52,140 bases of DNA from Gammaproteobacteria bacterium (lineage in GTDB: Bacteria; Pseudomonadota; Gammaproteobacteria; Methylococcales; DRLZ01): the NCBI GenBank assembly GCA_022600935.1, contig JAHZJL010000020.1:1-52140 (forward strand). The letters are read 5' to 3'. The translations under genes were made by a program, and so were the position numbers. The notes under the pieces are model-generated. The model had not been told where the DNA came from. It saw only the letters and a program-made list of their open reading frames with translations, and made no database searches. Positions 40,957 through 51,670 of the stretch are shown one piece after another. The first letter of the stretch is position 1. Each line of letters starts with the position of its first letter.

Positions 40957-43761
40957 ATGTCTTATACCTTTGATAATCCTCATTCTTTAGATCAGAACAG
41001 TCAACAGCCAGGACTATCTGATGAATGCATGCATTCAATCCTAGACGCAATTGATCAGGCGTCTATCCTGTTAAACGTCAATCTAGAGATTGTTTTTCTG
41101 AATCGAGCATGCAAGACACTGTTATCGCTAAAGAACGAAGATGTCATCGGCAGAAACATTCTGGACCCCTTGTTTAATCAAACCAGTCTTGCCACACTCA
41201 AAGGATTATTGCTATCTGTTCAAGGCAAAATTCAAACCCCCGAACAATTCACTTCCGGTTTAAAATGGGTCCATTCTATTCAAAACAATACCAGTGAAGT
41301 CAGCGGTTATTACCAGTTACTAGGCAATCCAATTTTTAGCAATCATCAATCACTGACAGGCTATTTAATTGCAATTACTGATATCACGCCTCAACTGCAG
41401 ATCAGTCAAGAAAACTTTGACAAATTATTTAACCAGGGCATTTTAAATGTTAGCCGTGATCCAATTTTCACATTAGACAGTTCATTTTCAATCATCAGTA
41501 TGAATGACAGCGCCAGACAATTGTTTCTTGATTCAAAAGATGGCTATTTAGGTGCAAAGCTTGAAGACATTATTCGCATCAGTCCTAACAGAACCTACCG
41601 CCATTTTATTTTTGATGCGCTTGCCAAACAAAAAGATAACGAATATCTGGAAATTAACGTCTACGACAAAAAAGGCAAGGAATATTATTTTGAAGTCTCT
41701 GCAGGCACAGTCAAACTGGCTGATCAGTCGATTTATACAGTGATCCTGCATGACACCTCGATTCGCAAACATTACGAGGACTTATTGCAAGAGGAACTTG
41801 ATCAGGCCTGTAGAGAAAATAAGGCCAAGTCATCCTTTCTGGCTGTCATGAGCCACGAAATGCGTACACCGCTGATTGGTATTTTAGGTGTACATGAGTT
41901 ATTGCAAGATACTCAACTCAATGAAGATCAATCGCGTTATATCGATATAGCAACACATTCAAGCCGTACCTTGCTCAACCTGATTAATGGAATACTGGAT
42001 TTTTCCAAAATCGAAGCAGGAAAACTGGAACTTGAAATGCTGACCTTCAATCCTGAGGAGACAGTGTATCAAGTTGTTGAAATATTAGCTTCTTCTGCGT
42101 TCAAAAAAGGGATATCCCTGCAAACTTATATCGATCCGGAATTGCCTGGCCAGATCATCAGCGACCCGGTGCGATTGCATCAGGTCCTCATGAATTTAAC
42201 CAATAATGCGATTAAATTTACAAAACATGGTGGTATATCAGTACTGGTATTAAAATCACCAACAAATCCACATGAAATTGTTTTTGAAGTCAGTGATACA
42301 GGTATAGGTATTGCCAAGGATCAATTAAGCAATTTGTTTGATGAATTTACCCAGGCTGAAGCCTCAACCAATCGAAATTACGGTGGATCAGGATTAGGAC
42401 TAGCTATATCCAAGCGCCTGGTCAAATTACTCGGTGGAAATCTTGATGTTGAAAGCCAACCCGGAGAAGGCTCAAGATTCTGGTTCAATATTCAATCCAG
42501 AGAACCAATTACAGACAACAATGAAACATCCCCAATTGATATTGAAAATATCAAAATCCTGCTGATTGATCAGTCCCCTGTCAGTTCTGCTTTAATCAGT
42601 CGTCAGCTTCAGGATTATACACAGTCGTTAGTACTGGCCAACAATCAGGATGCTGCAATTCAATTACTTTCAGAATCAAATACTCACTTTCATATTATTA
42701 TCGTTAACTCATACAAATTAAACGGTAACTTCAATGATTTATGCGAAGCATTGATCAACAGCAGGATAAATCATCAAAGTCATTGTATTTTAACTGGCTT
42801 GCCAGAAACCTTAAGAGCAACCAAAAACCGGCATGACTCATTGTTTGCCACCGCAATTCCTCTGCCAATAAGACGTTCTACATTATTACAACGAATCAAC
42901 TTACTTCTTAATGAAGGCAAGGACGATTACAAACCCGAGTTGACAAAATCAAAGCCGGTCCAACCTAACAACAATGGTCAAATTAATGTTCTTGTTGCTG
43001 ATGACAGTCTGACCAATAGAATAGTGACTGAATCAATGCTAAAACAAGCCGGATATCAGGTTTATCTGGCCAACAATGGGCAGGAAGCCATTGAACAACT
43101 CTGCCAAAATCCCGTAGATATTGTACTCATGGATTTATCCATGCCTGTTATGGACGGTATTGAAGCAACTGTTCAAATCAGAATGCAAAATAACTATACT
43201 CAATTACCAATCATTGCATTGACTGCGACTGCCTTACAGGAAGACATCGATGCGTGTCTCAAAGCCGGAATGACTGATTATCTGGGAAAACCATTCACTA
43301 AACAAACCTTGTTCGACAAAATCGAGGAATGGACAAAGCAACTCAAAAACGATCCTCGCTCAATCTCGTCCTTGCGTCCTCATTCTGGACAGGACAGCAA
43401 ATTCGCTACAGATATTGATTACACCGAATATATTGACATGGAGACTTTAAACCAGGTATCCGATGACCTGTCCAGTGAAATTTTGACAGAAATGCTTGGA
43501 TTATTTATTAATGAGTCATATAAAAGACTGGACCAGATTCAGGAATTACTGGCAACACATGATTATAAAGAAATTGGCAATCAGGCTCATGCAATCAAGG
43601 GCAGTTCTTCAACATTCGGAGCGAAATTACTCTCTCCTTTAGCTGAAGATCTGGAGTTAGCCTGTAAAAACAATCATTCAATAAATGAGATTGAAAATCT
43701 TACAGTTCAATTACTTGACGTCGGGAAACAAACATTAAAAGCCTATACTAATCTAAACTAA
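40957..43761 (+). CDS. Cytoplasmic hybrid histidine kinase (PAS-PAS-HisKA-HATPase-degenerate REC-REC-HPt)
   Basis: MSHEMRTP, NLTNNAIKF, DTGIG, GGSGLGL, MDLSMP and AHAIKGSS motifs; no TM segment visible. Confidence 0.93.
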   Translation: MSYTFDNPHSLDQNSQQPGLSDECMHSILDAIDQASILLNVNLEIVFLNRACKTLLSLKNEDVIGRNILDPLFNQTSLATLKGLLLSVQGKIQTPEQFTSGLKWVHSIQNNTSEVSGYYQLLGNPIFSNHQSLTGYLIAITDITPQLQISQENFDKLFNQGILNVSRDPIFTLDSSFSIISMNDSARQLFLDSKDGYLGAKLEDIIRISPNRTYRHFIFDALAKQKDNEYLEINVYDKKGKEYYFEVSAGTVKLADQSIYTVILHDTSIRKHYEDLLQEELDQACRENKAKSSFLAVMSHEMRTPLIGILGVHELLQDTQLNEDQSRYIDIATHSSRTLLNLINGILDFSKIEAGKLELEMLTFNPEETVYQVVEILASSAFKKGISLQTYIDPELPGQIISDPVRLHQVLMNLTNNAIKFTKHGGISVLVLKSPTNPHEIVFEVSDTGIGIAKDQLSNLFDEFTQAEASTNRNYGGSGLGLAISKRLVKLLGGNLDVESQPGEGSRFWFNIQSREPITDNNETSPIDIENIKILLIDQSPVSSALISRQLQDYTQSLVLANNQDAAIQLLSESNTHFHIIIVNSYKLNGNFNDLCEALINSRINHQSHCILTGLPETLRATKNRHDSLFATAIPLPIRRSTLLQRINLLLNEGKDDYKPELTKSKPVQPNNNGQINVLVADDSLTNRIVTESMLKQAGYQVYLANNGQEAIEQLCQNPVDIVLMDLSMPVMDGIEATVQIRMQNNYTQLPIIALTATALQEDIDACLKAGMTDYLGKPFTKQTLFDKIEEWTKQLKNDPRSISSLRPHSGQDSKFATDIDYTEYIDMETLNQVSDDLSSEILTEMLGLFINESYKRLDQIQELLATHDYKEIGNQAHAIKGSSSTFGAKLLSPLAEDLELACKNNHSINEIENLTVQLLDVGKQTLKAYTNLN

Positions 43762-44174
43762 ATATCGCTTTAACATTAAAAATTATTCGTCATTACTCTT
43801 GTGCAGGTCAACCTGTTTACCTGGTCTGGCTAAACACATCTAATTTCCCTGTATTCCAGAATCATTAAATACTGCATTAACACAATTAGTCATAGTTTTG
43901 ACACTATTTTATACAATGCATGAAAAATGCGAGTTAATTTTTTTCATAAACAAGAGTAAATAAAGACTTCTATTTACTATCTGTGTTTAGCAATTGCCAA
44001 TACAAAATAGTTTGATTCGTAGACATTAAAGTTTACGTTACATAAATTTACATTTCGTCAAATGATGGCTATAAATTAATCGTGTTAGCTTTAATTTGAT
44101 TCATTATTCACAGTTATATAAATATTAGTATGTTAGTATACAATTTCTAATAATTTTGAATAACCAACGTACTA

Positions 44175-45614
44175 ATGAAGCAAACATATTTACCTGGGAT
44201 CTTGATTGTAGAAGACTCTATCGAGCTGGCTGAGCTCTACAAGAGATACCTGAACAAAAATAATTTCAAGGTTGATCATGTTACTGATGGTGAAACGGCA
44301 ATTCAATTTCTGCAATTAAATTCACCCAAGATCGTTCTTCTGGACTATGTTCTTCCAGGTATTTCAGGGCAATCTGTGTTGGAATATGTCAATCATAAAG
44401 ATTTACAGTGTCAGGTCATTGTCATGACAGCCCATGCTTCAGTTGAAACTGCTGTCACCTGTATGCGGCACAAAACATTTGATTATCTGATCAAACCATT
44501 TGATGCAACAACGCTATTAAAAACAATAAACAATGCATTGTCACAACAGCTTGAACCCAGAAAAGTTTTAACCGAAAACAATTCCTCATCTACAGATAAA
44601 TCTGAACTAACCGGATTTATCGGTCAATCAGCAATTATGCAGAATGTTTATCACTTGATAAACAATGCAGCACCAAGTATTGCAACAGTGTTTATTTCAG
44701 GTAAAAGTGGCACCGGCAAAGAAATTTGCGCCCGTGCCATCCATGATTTAAGCCCAAGAAAAAATAATGCATTTATTGCAATTAATTGCGCTGCTATTCC
44801 TAGAGATTTGATGGAAAGTGAAATCTTTGGTCATATCAAAGGTGCTTTCAGCGGTGCGACATCTGATCGTCCTGGCGCTGCGACATTAGCCGACAATGGA
44901 ACATTGTTTCTTGATGAAATCTGTGAAATGGATATGGAGTTACAAACCAAGCTTCTGCGTTTTGTACAAACCGGTAGTTTCCAAAAAGTCGGAAGTGGTG
45001 AATTACATACTGTTGATATCCGCTTTATTTGCGCAACCAACCGAAATGTATTACAGGAAGTCGAACATCACCGGTTTCGTGAAGATTTATACTACCGTTT
45101 ACATGTCATACCAATTGAAATGCCTTCGCTTAAACAACGTGGCCAGGATATTATCACCATCGCTGAATATTATTTAAACGAGTATTCAATACAGGAGAAT
45201 AAACATTTTCATGGACTGTCTGAATCATGTCGCCAGTATTTTCTAACTTATGATTGGCCTGGTAATGTACGACAGTTACAAAATATCATCCGCAATATTG
45301 TCGTACTCAATAATGCAGATCTGGTTACAGTCGATATGCTGCCTGAGTTGATGAAAAGCAATTTAACCAGCCAGAAGTCGGATTTCAAGATAGAAGAACT
45401 CGATAGTGAGGAACTTCAGATTTTGCAGGAGTCAGAAAAGAAGATAGTGCCGTTATGGGTTTCCGAAAAAAAAATTATTGAAGACACGATTGAGTATTGC
45501 GACAGTAATATCCCAAAGGCAGCAGCATTACTAGGCATCAGCCCGTCAACGATTTACCGTAAAAAAGAAGCTTGGAAAAAAATGGACAACAAGCCTGGCA
45601 GTAAAAATGACTAA
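44175..45614 (+). CDS. sigma54-dependent response regulator, LuxO-like
   Basis: REC domain, GKSGTGKE, GAFSGA, LFLDEICEMD, LLRFVQTG.FQKVGS, PLW..EK and SPSTIYRK HTH. Confidence 0.9.
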   Translation: MKQTYLPGILIVEDSIELAELYKRYLNKNNFKVDHVTDGETAIQFLQLNSPKIVLLDYVLPGISGQSVLEYVNHKDLQCQVIVMTAHASVETAVTCMRHKTFDYLIKPFDATTLLKTINNALSQQLEPRKVLTENNSSSTDKSELTGFIGQSAIMQNVYHLINNAAPSIATVFISGKSGTGKEICARAIHDLSPRKNNAFIAINCAAIPRDLMESEIFGHIKGAFSGATSDRPGAATLADNGTLFLDEICEMDMELQTKLLRFVQTGSFQKVGSGELHTVDIRFICATNRNVLQEVEHHRFREDLYYRLHVIPIEMPSLKQRGQDIITIAEYYLNEYSIQENKHFHGLSESCRQYFLTYDWPGNVRQLQNIIRNIVVLNNADLVTVDMLPELMKSNLTSQKSDFKIEELDSEELQILQESEKKIVPLWVSEKKIIEDTIEYCDSNIPKAAALLGISPSTIYRKKEAWKKMDNKPGSKND

Positions 45615-45681
45615 TCATTCAATTAATCAATTCTCGTAAACACCTGCATGACACAACTATACTTACAAGAAGGGATAAACA

Positions 45682-46938
45682 TCAGTTTTGATAAGCTTGT
45701 AATGTCATCCTAAAAAAATCCAGTGCTATGACAGCTGCCCGTATCTGTTGTCTGGCTTTGGAACCGCTCAAGCGACTTTGTAGTGTCTTGACCAAACCTG
45801 ATTGCTCATACACCACTGTCAGGATTACAACAGACTCCTGTTCTGAAACAGTCATATCACTCTCAATGTTCTGTACCGGCTCTTTCAACTGCAGTATCAC
45901 AAATTCAGAATTATTTTGTTGACTGGTTTGCTCTGCAATCCGGATTGCTGTTTGCTGCAATTTCTGAGCATCAGGCATTTCTGATGCATCGATTGAGAAC
46001 TGATTGCTCAACTGCTCCTCATGATTGATGACAACGGCTTGTTTTAACCAATCGACAGCTTGGCAATGTGCAGCAATCCGCCCTGCGCTGATTGTTTCGA
46101 TAACACTGACTGAAGCCTGATCGCTCTGCAACATCCGGCCAATGACTTCAACCAATCCCCCGCCAGGCTGTTCAATTCCGTCGATACTGAATACTGAAGA
46201 TCCGATGGACGATGCAAATTGATTCACGATCTCATCTCTTGATTGTTGAGGATAATCATTCGGGAATAACAATTTGGTCTGATTTTCCCAAGGATCAGCC
46301 CGATAGCTGAGGTTGACGGATTTCGGCAACTCCAAATGCTGTATTCTTTGTTGAATTTCTGACTCCCCAATATTCGCAGTCCTGATTACAACCAGTTGCG
46401 CCGGTTTTTGATTGAAGTGTTGACGCAATAACGGAGTGATTCGGTGCTGAAAAATCTGACGCATTTCATACGGCACACCAGGAACACAAAACAGCCAGCA
46501 TTGATTGATATACATAGCAAAACCTGGTGCAGTTCCCCAGGTATTATCCAGACGCATTGCACCATCCGGCAGCAACGCCTGTTTGCGATTGATTTCAGGC
46601 ATGACAGACTGTCTTTGACTGAAATAGGTTTGTATCTGTTGCAGCGCAACCGCATCTTCAAACAACGCACATTGAAACGCTGCGGACACAGCATCTGCTG
46701 TCAAATCGTCAGTGGTCGGACCCAACCCTCCACTGCTGATACAAACATCCGAGCGTTGTGTACAATCTTGTAATACTTGAACCAGATCATCAATTCTGTC
46801 ACCAACAGTGGTATGGCGAACCAGATTGAAACCTTTGTGGACCAGTTGTTCGGATAACCAGGCGCTATTGGTATCGACAATCTGCCCGGTCAATACTTCT
46901 TCGCCCTGAGCAATAATTTCTGCGGTTGGTAAATTCAT
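45682..46938 (-). CDS. cinA: CinA-family protein (MoCF-like domain plus degenerate PncC domain)
   Basis: GEEVLTGQIVDTNS, GGLGPTTDDLT, GTAPG and PGVPYEM motifs. Confidence 0.85.
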   Translation of the reverse strand: MNLPTAEIIAQGEEVLTGQIVDTNSAWLSEQLVHKGFNLVRHTTVGDRIDDLVQVLQDCTQRSDVCISSGGLGPTTDDLTADAVSAAFQCALFEDAVALQQIQTYFSQRQSVMPEINRKQALLPDGAMRLDNTWGTAPGFAMYINQCWLFCVPGVPYEMRQIFQHRITPLLRQHFNQKPAQLVVIRTANIGESEIQQRIQHLELPKSVNLSYRADPWENQTKLLFPNDYPQQSRDEIVNQFASSIGSSVFSIDGIEQPGGGLVEVIGRMLQSDQASVSVIETISAGRIAAHCQAVDWLKQAVVINHEEQLSNQFSIDASEMPDAQKLQQTAIRIAEQTSQQNNSEFVILQLKEPVQNIESDMTVSEQESVVILTVVYEQSGLVKTLQSRLSGSKARQQIRAAVIALDFFRMTLQAYQN

Positions 46939-47043
46939 GACCATACATCATAAATGTTATGTATCTGAAATGGAAAAATATTGATCTTGACGATTTCAAT
47001 TTCAGACTGGACCAGACTCTCAAATTCAGCTAAGCTTGAACAG

Positions 47044-47316
47044 ATGTTAGATCCTAATTCCATAGAAGATATCGCAAAAAAACTGACTGACTCATTACCG
47101 TCTGTCGGCCCCATAAAACAAGACATTGAAAGTGGATTTCAAACCATTCTGGCGGAGATGTTGAATCAGTTGAATCTGGTCAGTCGTGAGGAATTTGATG
47201 TCCAGACTGCTGTATTGACTAAAACCCGAACCAGGCTTGAGCAACTGGAAAAAACAGTCCGTGAACTCGAGCAAGCAAGCCAACCAGATACAACCAGTCA
47301 TTCATCACATTCCTGA
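47044..47316 (+). CDS. ubiK: Accessory factor UbiK / YqiC (BMFP family)
   Basis: LNLVSREEFDVQTAVL.KTR..LEQLE motif; upstream of comM. Confidence 0.9.
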   Translation: MLDPNSIEDIAKKLTDSLPSVGPIKQDIESGFQTILAEMLNQLNLVSREEFDVQTAVLTKTRTRLEQLEKTVRELEQASQPDTTSHSSHS

Positions 47317-47358
47317 CTCAGGCTTACAGAGCCTATACATTCAATACGTTAAATCATT

Positions 47359-48870
47359 ATGGCTCTGGCAGTCGTATACAGTCGTGGAAAACTCGGCCTG
47401 GATGCGCCACTGGTGACGGTGGAAGTGCATCTCAGTAATGGTTTGCCAAGCTTTTCCATTGTCGGTTTGCCGGAATTAGCTGTCAAGGAAAGCAAGGATC
47501 GTGTGCGTGGCGCCCTGCTCAATTCACGGTTTGAATTTCCGGCCAAACGCATCACTGTCAACCTCGCTCCTGCTGACTTGCCAAAAGAAGGTGGCCGTTT
47601 CGATTTGCCAATAGCACTTGGCATCCTGGCTGCGTCCAGTCAAATCCGTGATGATGACCTGGGCCAGTTTGAAATTTTAGGAGAACTCTCACTAAGCGGT
47701 GAAATTCGTGGTGTATCCGGAATTCTACCAGTCTCCATTGCCACTGCTGCCGAGCAAAAAGGGTTGATTCTGGCTACAGCAGATGCAGACCAGGCGGCAT
47801 TGGTCAGCCAGGCCAGAATCTATCCAGCATCGCAATTACTGGAAGTCTGTGCTCACTTGAATCAAATTGAGCCGATTTCTCCGCGAAGCGGCCAACTTCC
47901 GCAACCCCAGAGCAGACAAAACCCATTCAATCTGGCTGATGTCACAGGGCAGTTTCATGCCAAACGAGCTTTGGAAATCGCTGCTACTGGTGGACACAAT
48001 CTGTTATTTATTGGACCGCCTGGCACTGGTAAATCCATGTTGGCCTCCCGCTTACCGTCAATTTTACCGGAACTTGATGATAACCAGGTATTGGAAACCG
48101 CCGCGATCTGGTCAGTCAGCGGCCTGCAGCGTCAACTTGATGATTGGCGCATCCCGCCATTCAGAGCTCCACATCACAGTGCATCAGCCCCTGCCCTGGT
48201 TGGCGGCGGCAGTGTCCCCAAACCAGGAGAAATCTCACTGGCACATAACGGCGTGTTGTTTCTCGATGAATTACCAGAATTCGATCGCAAGGTTCTGGAA
48301 GTGTTGCGCGAACCACTGGAAACCGGACAGATCAACATTGCCCGGGCCACGGCGCGCAGTGAATTCCCTGCCAGATTTCAGTTTATCGCAGCGATGAACC
48401 CCTGCCCCTGCGGTTATCTGGGTGAGGAATCAGGCCGCTGTCACTGTACATCTGCTCAGGTTCAACGCTACCGGTCAAGAATATCCGGACCGTTGTTTGA
48501 TCGCATTGATTTGCATGTTGAAGTTAAACGACTCCCAAAATCCGAAATGACCGGACACAGCAATGACAATGCTGAAACCAGCGCGAATATCCTGCAACGC
48601 GTGAAAATAACCAGGCAACGTGCACTAGACCGCCGCGGCTATCTCAACGCCCGTTTAACACCGGCACACATTAAATCTGATTGTGTAGTAGACAACGACA
48701 GTCAGCAGTTACTGGAACAGGCGATCGATACACTGGGGTTATCGCATCGTGCATTTCACCGTATTCTAAAAATAGCCCGTACAATTGCGGATATGGATGA
48801 CAAGAACCGCATTGAATCCCAACATATCAGCGAAGCCATCTCTTACCGGCGCCTGGACAGAAGTTACTGA
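47359..48870 (+). CDS. comM: YifB/ComM Mg-chelatase-like AAA+ ATPase
   Basis: ITVNLAPADLPKEG, GPPGTGKSML, PFRAPHH and AAMNPCPCG motifs. Confidence 0.95.
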   Translation: MALAVVYSRGKLGLDAPLVTVEVHLSNGLPSFSIVGLPELAVKESKDRVRGALLNSRFEFPAKRITVNLAPADLPKEGGRFDLPIALGILAASSQIRDDDLGQFEILGELSLSGEIRGVSGILPVSIATAAEQKGLILATADADQAALVSQARIYPASQLLEVCAHLNQIEPISPRSGQLPQPQSRQNPFNLADVTGQFHAKRALEIAATGGHNLLFIGPPGTGKSMLASRLPSILPELDDNQVLETAAIWSVSGLQRQLDDWRIPPFRAPHHSASAPALVGGGSVPKPGEISLAHNGVLFLDELPEFDRKVLEVLREPLETGQINIARATARSEFPARFQFIAAMNPCPCGYLGEESGRCHCTSAQVQRYRSRISGPLFDRIDLHVEVKRLPKSEMTGHSNDNAETSANILQRVKITRQRALDRRGYLNARLTPAHIKSDCVVDNDSQQLLEQAIDTLGLSHRAFHRILKIARTIADMDDKNRIESQHISEAISYRRLDRSY

Positions 48871-48884
48871 GCGACAGAACAGCA

Positions 48885-49463
48885 ATGAATCAGCAAACAA
48901 CACGGTGTTACTGGGCCAGTCACGGCACTGAACGCGAGCGTATCTATCACGATACAGAGTGGGGTATACCGAACCATGACGATGCACACTTATTTGAAAT
49001 GTTGTTACTGGAAGGCGCTCAGGCCGGACTGTCCTGGGCAACGATTCTCAATAAACGCGCTGCATTCCGTGAGCACTACGATGCCTTCAACCCTGAACAG
49101 ATTGCTTGCTGGGATGACAAAAAAATACAACAACTCATGAATGAGCCATCAATCATACGCAACCGGCTGAAAATCCAGTCAGCAATCGACAATGCCAGGG
49201 CTTTTCTGGCAATTACAGAACAAACCGGTCGTTTTTCAGATTATATCTGGCAGTTTGTCAATGGCGAACCCATTATCAACCATTGGACAACCCATGCTGA
49301 TCTGCCCGCATACAGCGATAAATCCGAGCAAATGGCCAAAACTCTGCGTCAGGCCGGATTCAAGTTTGTCGGTAAAACAATCTGCTACGCCTATATGCAA
49401 GCTGTCGGCATGGTCAATGACCATACCACGGATTGTTTTCGCCATATCCAGTGCCAGAATTGA
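48885..49463 (+). CDS. tag: DNA-3-methyladenine glycosylase I
   Basis: RC.W..YHDTEWG, LEGAQAGLSW and GMVNDH...C motifs. Confidence 0.96.
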   Translation: MNQQTTRCYWASHGTERERIYHDTEWGIPNHDDAHLFEMLLLEGAQAGLSWATILNKRAAFREHYDAFNPEQIACWDDKKIQQLMNEPSIIRNRLKIQSAIDNARAFLAITEQTGRFSDYIWQFVNGEPIINHWTTHADLPAYSDKSEQMAKTLRQAGFKFVGKTICYAYMQAVGMVNDHTTDCFRHIQCQN

Positions 49464-49660
49464 AGACAATCCATGCTGTTGATCGTGATTGATTCTGGTA
49501 AATTTCAAAATTGTATTATCCCACCACAAACCTACAAAAAAGCAGATTGTATAATCACCTCATATTCAACTGTTTGCCGACGTTTACACATTGTTCTGAC
49601 AATTCCCAAACACAAACTATCTGCAATGACCCAAGCAATCATCTTGGTTAACTGATCACT

Positions 49661-51670
49661 GTGCCTGATCTCAATCCACAACAACAACAAGCCGTCGAAA
49701 CCATTGACCGACCATTACTGGTACTGGCAGGAGCCGGTAGCGGTAAAACCCGTGTCATTACCGAAAAAATTGTTTACCTGATTCAACAGGGTTTAGCACG
49801 CAACCGAATTGCTGCGGTGACTTTCACGAACAAAGCCGCCCGTGAAATGCAGGAGCGCGTTAAAAAAAGCCTGAAGGGAAAACCAGCACGAGGGCTGCGT
49901 ATTTCAACTTTCCATACCCTGGGTTTGAATATGATCCGCCGGGAACGTGACTATCTGGGATTTCGGGAAGGGGTATCCATATTTGATGACCATGACCGGA
50001 CCACAGTGATCAAAGAACTGGTCAATCATGCCAAAGACCGCTATGACCCGGACAGTATCGATCTCTATCGACAGCAAATCAGTCAGTGGAAAAATGTGTT
50101 TCGGGAACCGTCTGCCGCACTCAAACAGGCTGAGGACTCAATCGAACATCAAATCGCCTTGCTGTATCGCGAATACAACCAGCAATTACGTGCATACAAC
50201 GCGGTAGATTTTGACGATTTAATCATGATGCCGGTTCTCCTGTTCCGTGATCATCCCCAGAGACTTGAGTACTGGCAAAACCGTATTCAGTATCTGCTGG
50301 TCGATGAATATCAGGACACCAATATTACCCAGTACCAACTTGTAAAACTGTTGGCCGGACCACAAGGCCGCCTCACCGTTGTCGGTGATGATGATCAATC
50401 CATCTATGCCTGGCGTGGCGCAGAACCGGAAAACATGTTGCGACTGACCGAGGATTTTCCGCGCCTGAGTATCATCAAACTGGAACAGAACTACCGCTCG
50501 ACCCAGCGCATACTCAAAGCAGCCAATCATCTGATCAAACACAATCATCATGTATTTGAAAAACGGTTATGGAGTGAACATGCCCCTGGTGCCATGTTGC
50601 GGGTTATCGACCAGGACGACGAGTCCGCAGAAACCCAGCAGATTGCATCGGAAATCATTCACCACCGGCTCCGCAACAACAATCGCTACCATGACTATGC
50701 CATCCTGTACCGCAGCAACCATCAGTCGCGCCTGTTTGAACGTGCGATGCGTGAACATAACATCCCTTACTATCTAAGCGGAAATACATCATTCTTCGCC
50801 TATGCCGAAGTTAAAGATGTACTGGCCTACTTACGACTCCTGGTCAATCACGATGACGACTGCGCTTTTCTGCGTGTCATCAATACCCCGCCTCGCGAGA
50901 TCGGCCAAAAAACCTTACTGGCTCTGGGTAATTATGCAAGACAGCGCAAAACCAGCCTGTTCAGCGCTTGTTTTGAAATGGGTCTGACACAACACTTGCC
51001 GGATCGGGCATTAACCAACCTGACCCGCTTTTGTGAGTGGATCGTTGATGTCGCAGACCGGGCAAATCGCGGAGATACTTTTGCGGTGATCGAAGATATG
51101 CTTGATACAATTAAATATCTGGAATGGCTGAAAGATAACGCCAACTCGGAAAAGTCAGCGGAACGCAAGGAAAAAAACGTCTTTGAACTGATCAACTGGC
51201 TGAAGCGCATCGCAGACAAGGCAGAACAGGAAAAACCGCTCAAAGACATCATCGCCGATATCATGCTGGTCGATATCCTGGAGCGCCAAAACGATGATGA
51301 AATACTGGACCGGGTCAGCCTGATGACTCTGCATGCAGCCAAGGGACTGGAGTTCCCTCATGTATACCTGGTCGGCATGGAAGAAGAACTGTTACCTCAT
51401 AAAAACAGTCTGGAACAGGATACGCTGGAAGAAGAACGGCGACTGGCTTATGTCGGCATCACCCGTGCCCGCCAAACACTCACCTTCAGCTATTGCAAAC
51501 AACGCCAGCGCTATGGCGAAACCATCGATTGCGAACCCAGCCGCTTCCTGTCTGAACTACCGGAGGACGACCTGGAATGGCGAGCCAAGGCTCCCGTTGA
51601 TCCGACTCAAGCCAAAGAACGCGGCAAAGCCAGCCTTGCTGGGTTAAAACAGTTACTCAGTGAAAGTTGA
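49661..51670 (+). CDS. rep: ATP-dependent DNA helicase Rep
   Basis: AGAGSGKTRVITEKI, DEYQDTN, VGDDDQSIYAWRGA, HAAKGLEF and Rep-type C-terminus. Confidence 0.95.
   Translation: MPDLNPQQQQAVETIDRPLLVLAGAGSGKTRVITEKIVYLIQQGLARNRIAAVTFTNKAAREMQERVKKSLKGKPARGLRISTFHTLGLNMIRRERDYLGFREGVSIFDDHDRTTVIKELVNHAKDRYDPDSIDLYRQQISQWKNVFREPSAALKQAEDSIEHQIALLYREYNQQLRAYNAVDFDDLIMMPVLLFRDHPQRLEYWQNRIQYLLVDEYQDTNITQYQLVKLLAGPQGRLTVVGDDDQSIYAWRGAEPENMLRLTEDFPRLSIIKLEQNYRSTQRILKAANHLIKHNHHVFEKRLWSEHAPGAMLRVIDQDDESAETQQIASEIIHHRLRNNNRYHDYAILYRSNHQSRLFERAMREHNIPYYLSGNTSFFAYAEVKDVLAYLRLLVNHDDDCAFLRVINTPPREIGQKTLLALGNYARQRKTSLFSACFEMGLTQHLPDRALTNLTRFCEWIVDVADRANRGDTFAVIEDMLDTIKYLEWLKDNANSEKSAERKEKNVFELINWLKRIADKAEQEKPLKDIIADIMLVDILERQNDDEILDRVSLMTLHAAKGLEFPHVYLVGMEEELLPHKNSLEQDTLEEERRLAYVGITRARQTLTFSYCKQRQRYGETIDCEPSRFLSELPEDDLEWRAKAPVDPTQAKERGKASLAGLKQLLSES

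Noticed and set aside
43762-44174. Qrr-like sRNA divergent from the LuxO-like gene
   Set aside because: No GG-N10-GC promoter, Qrr core sequence or strong terminator was found.
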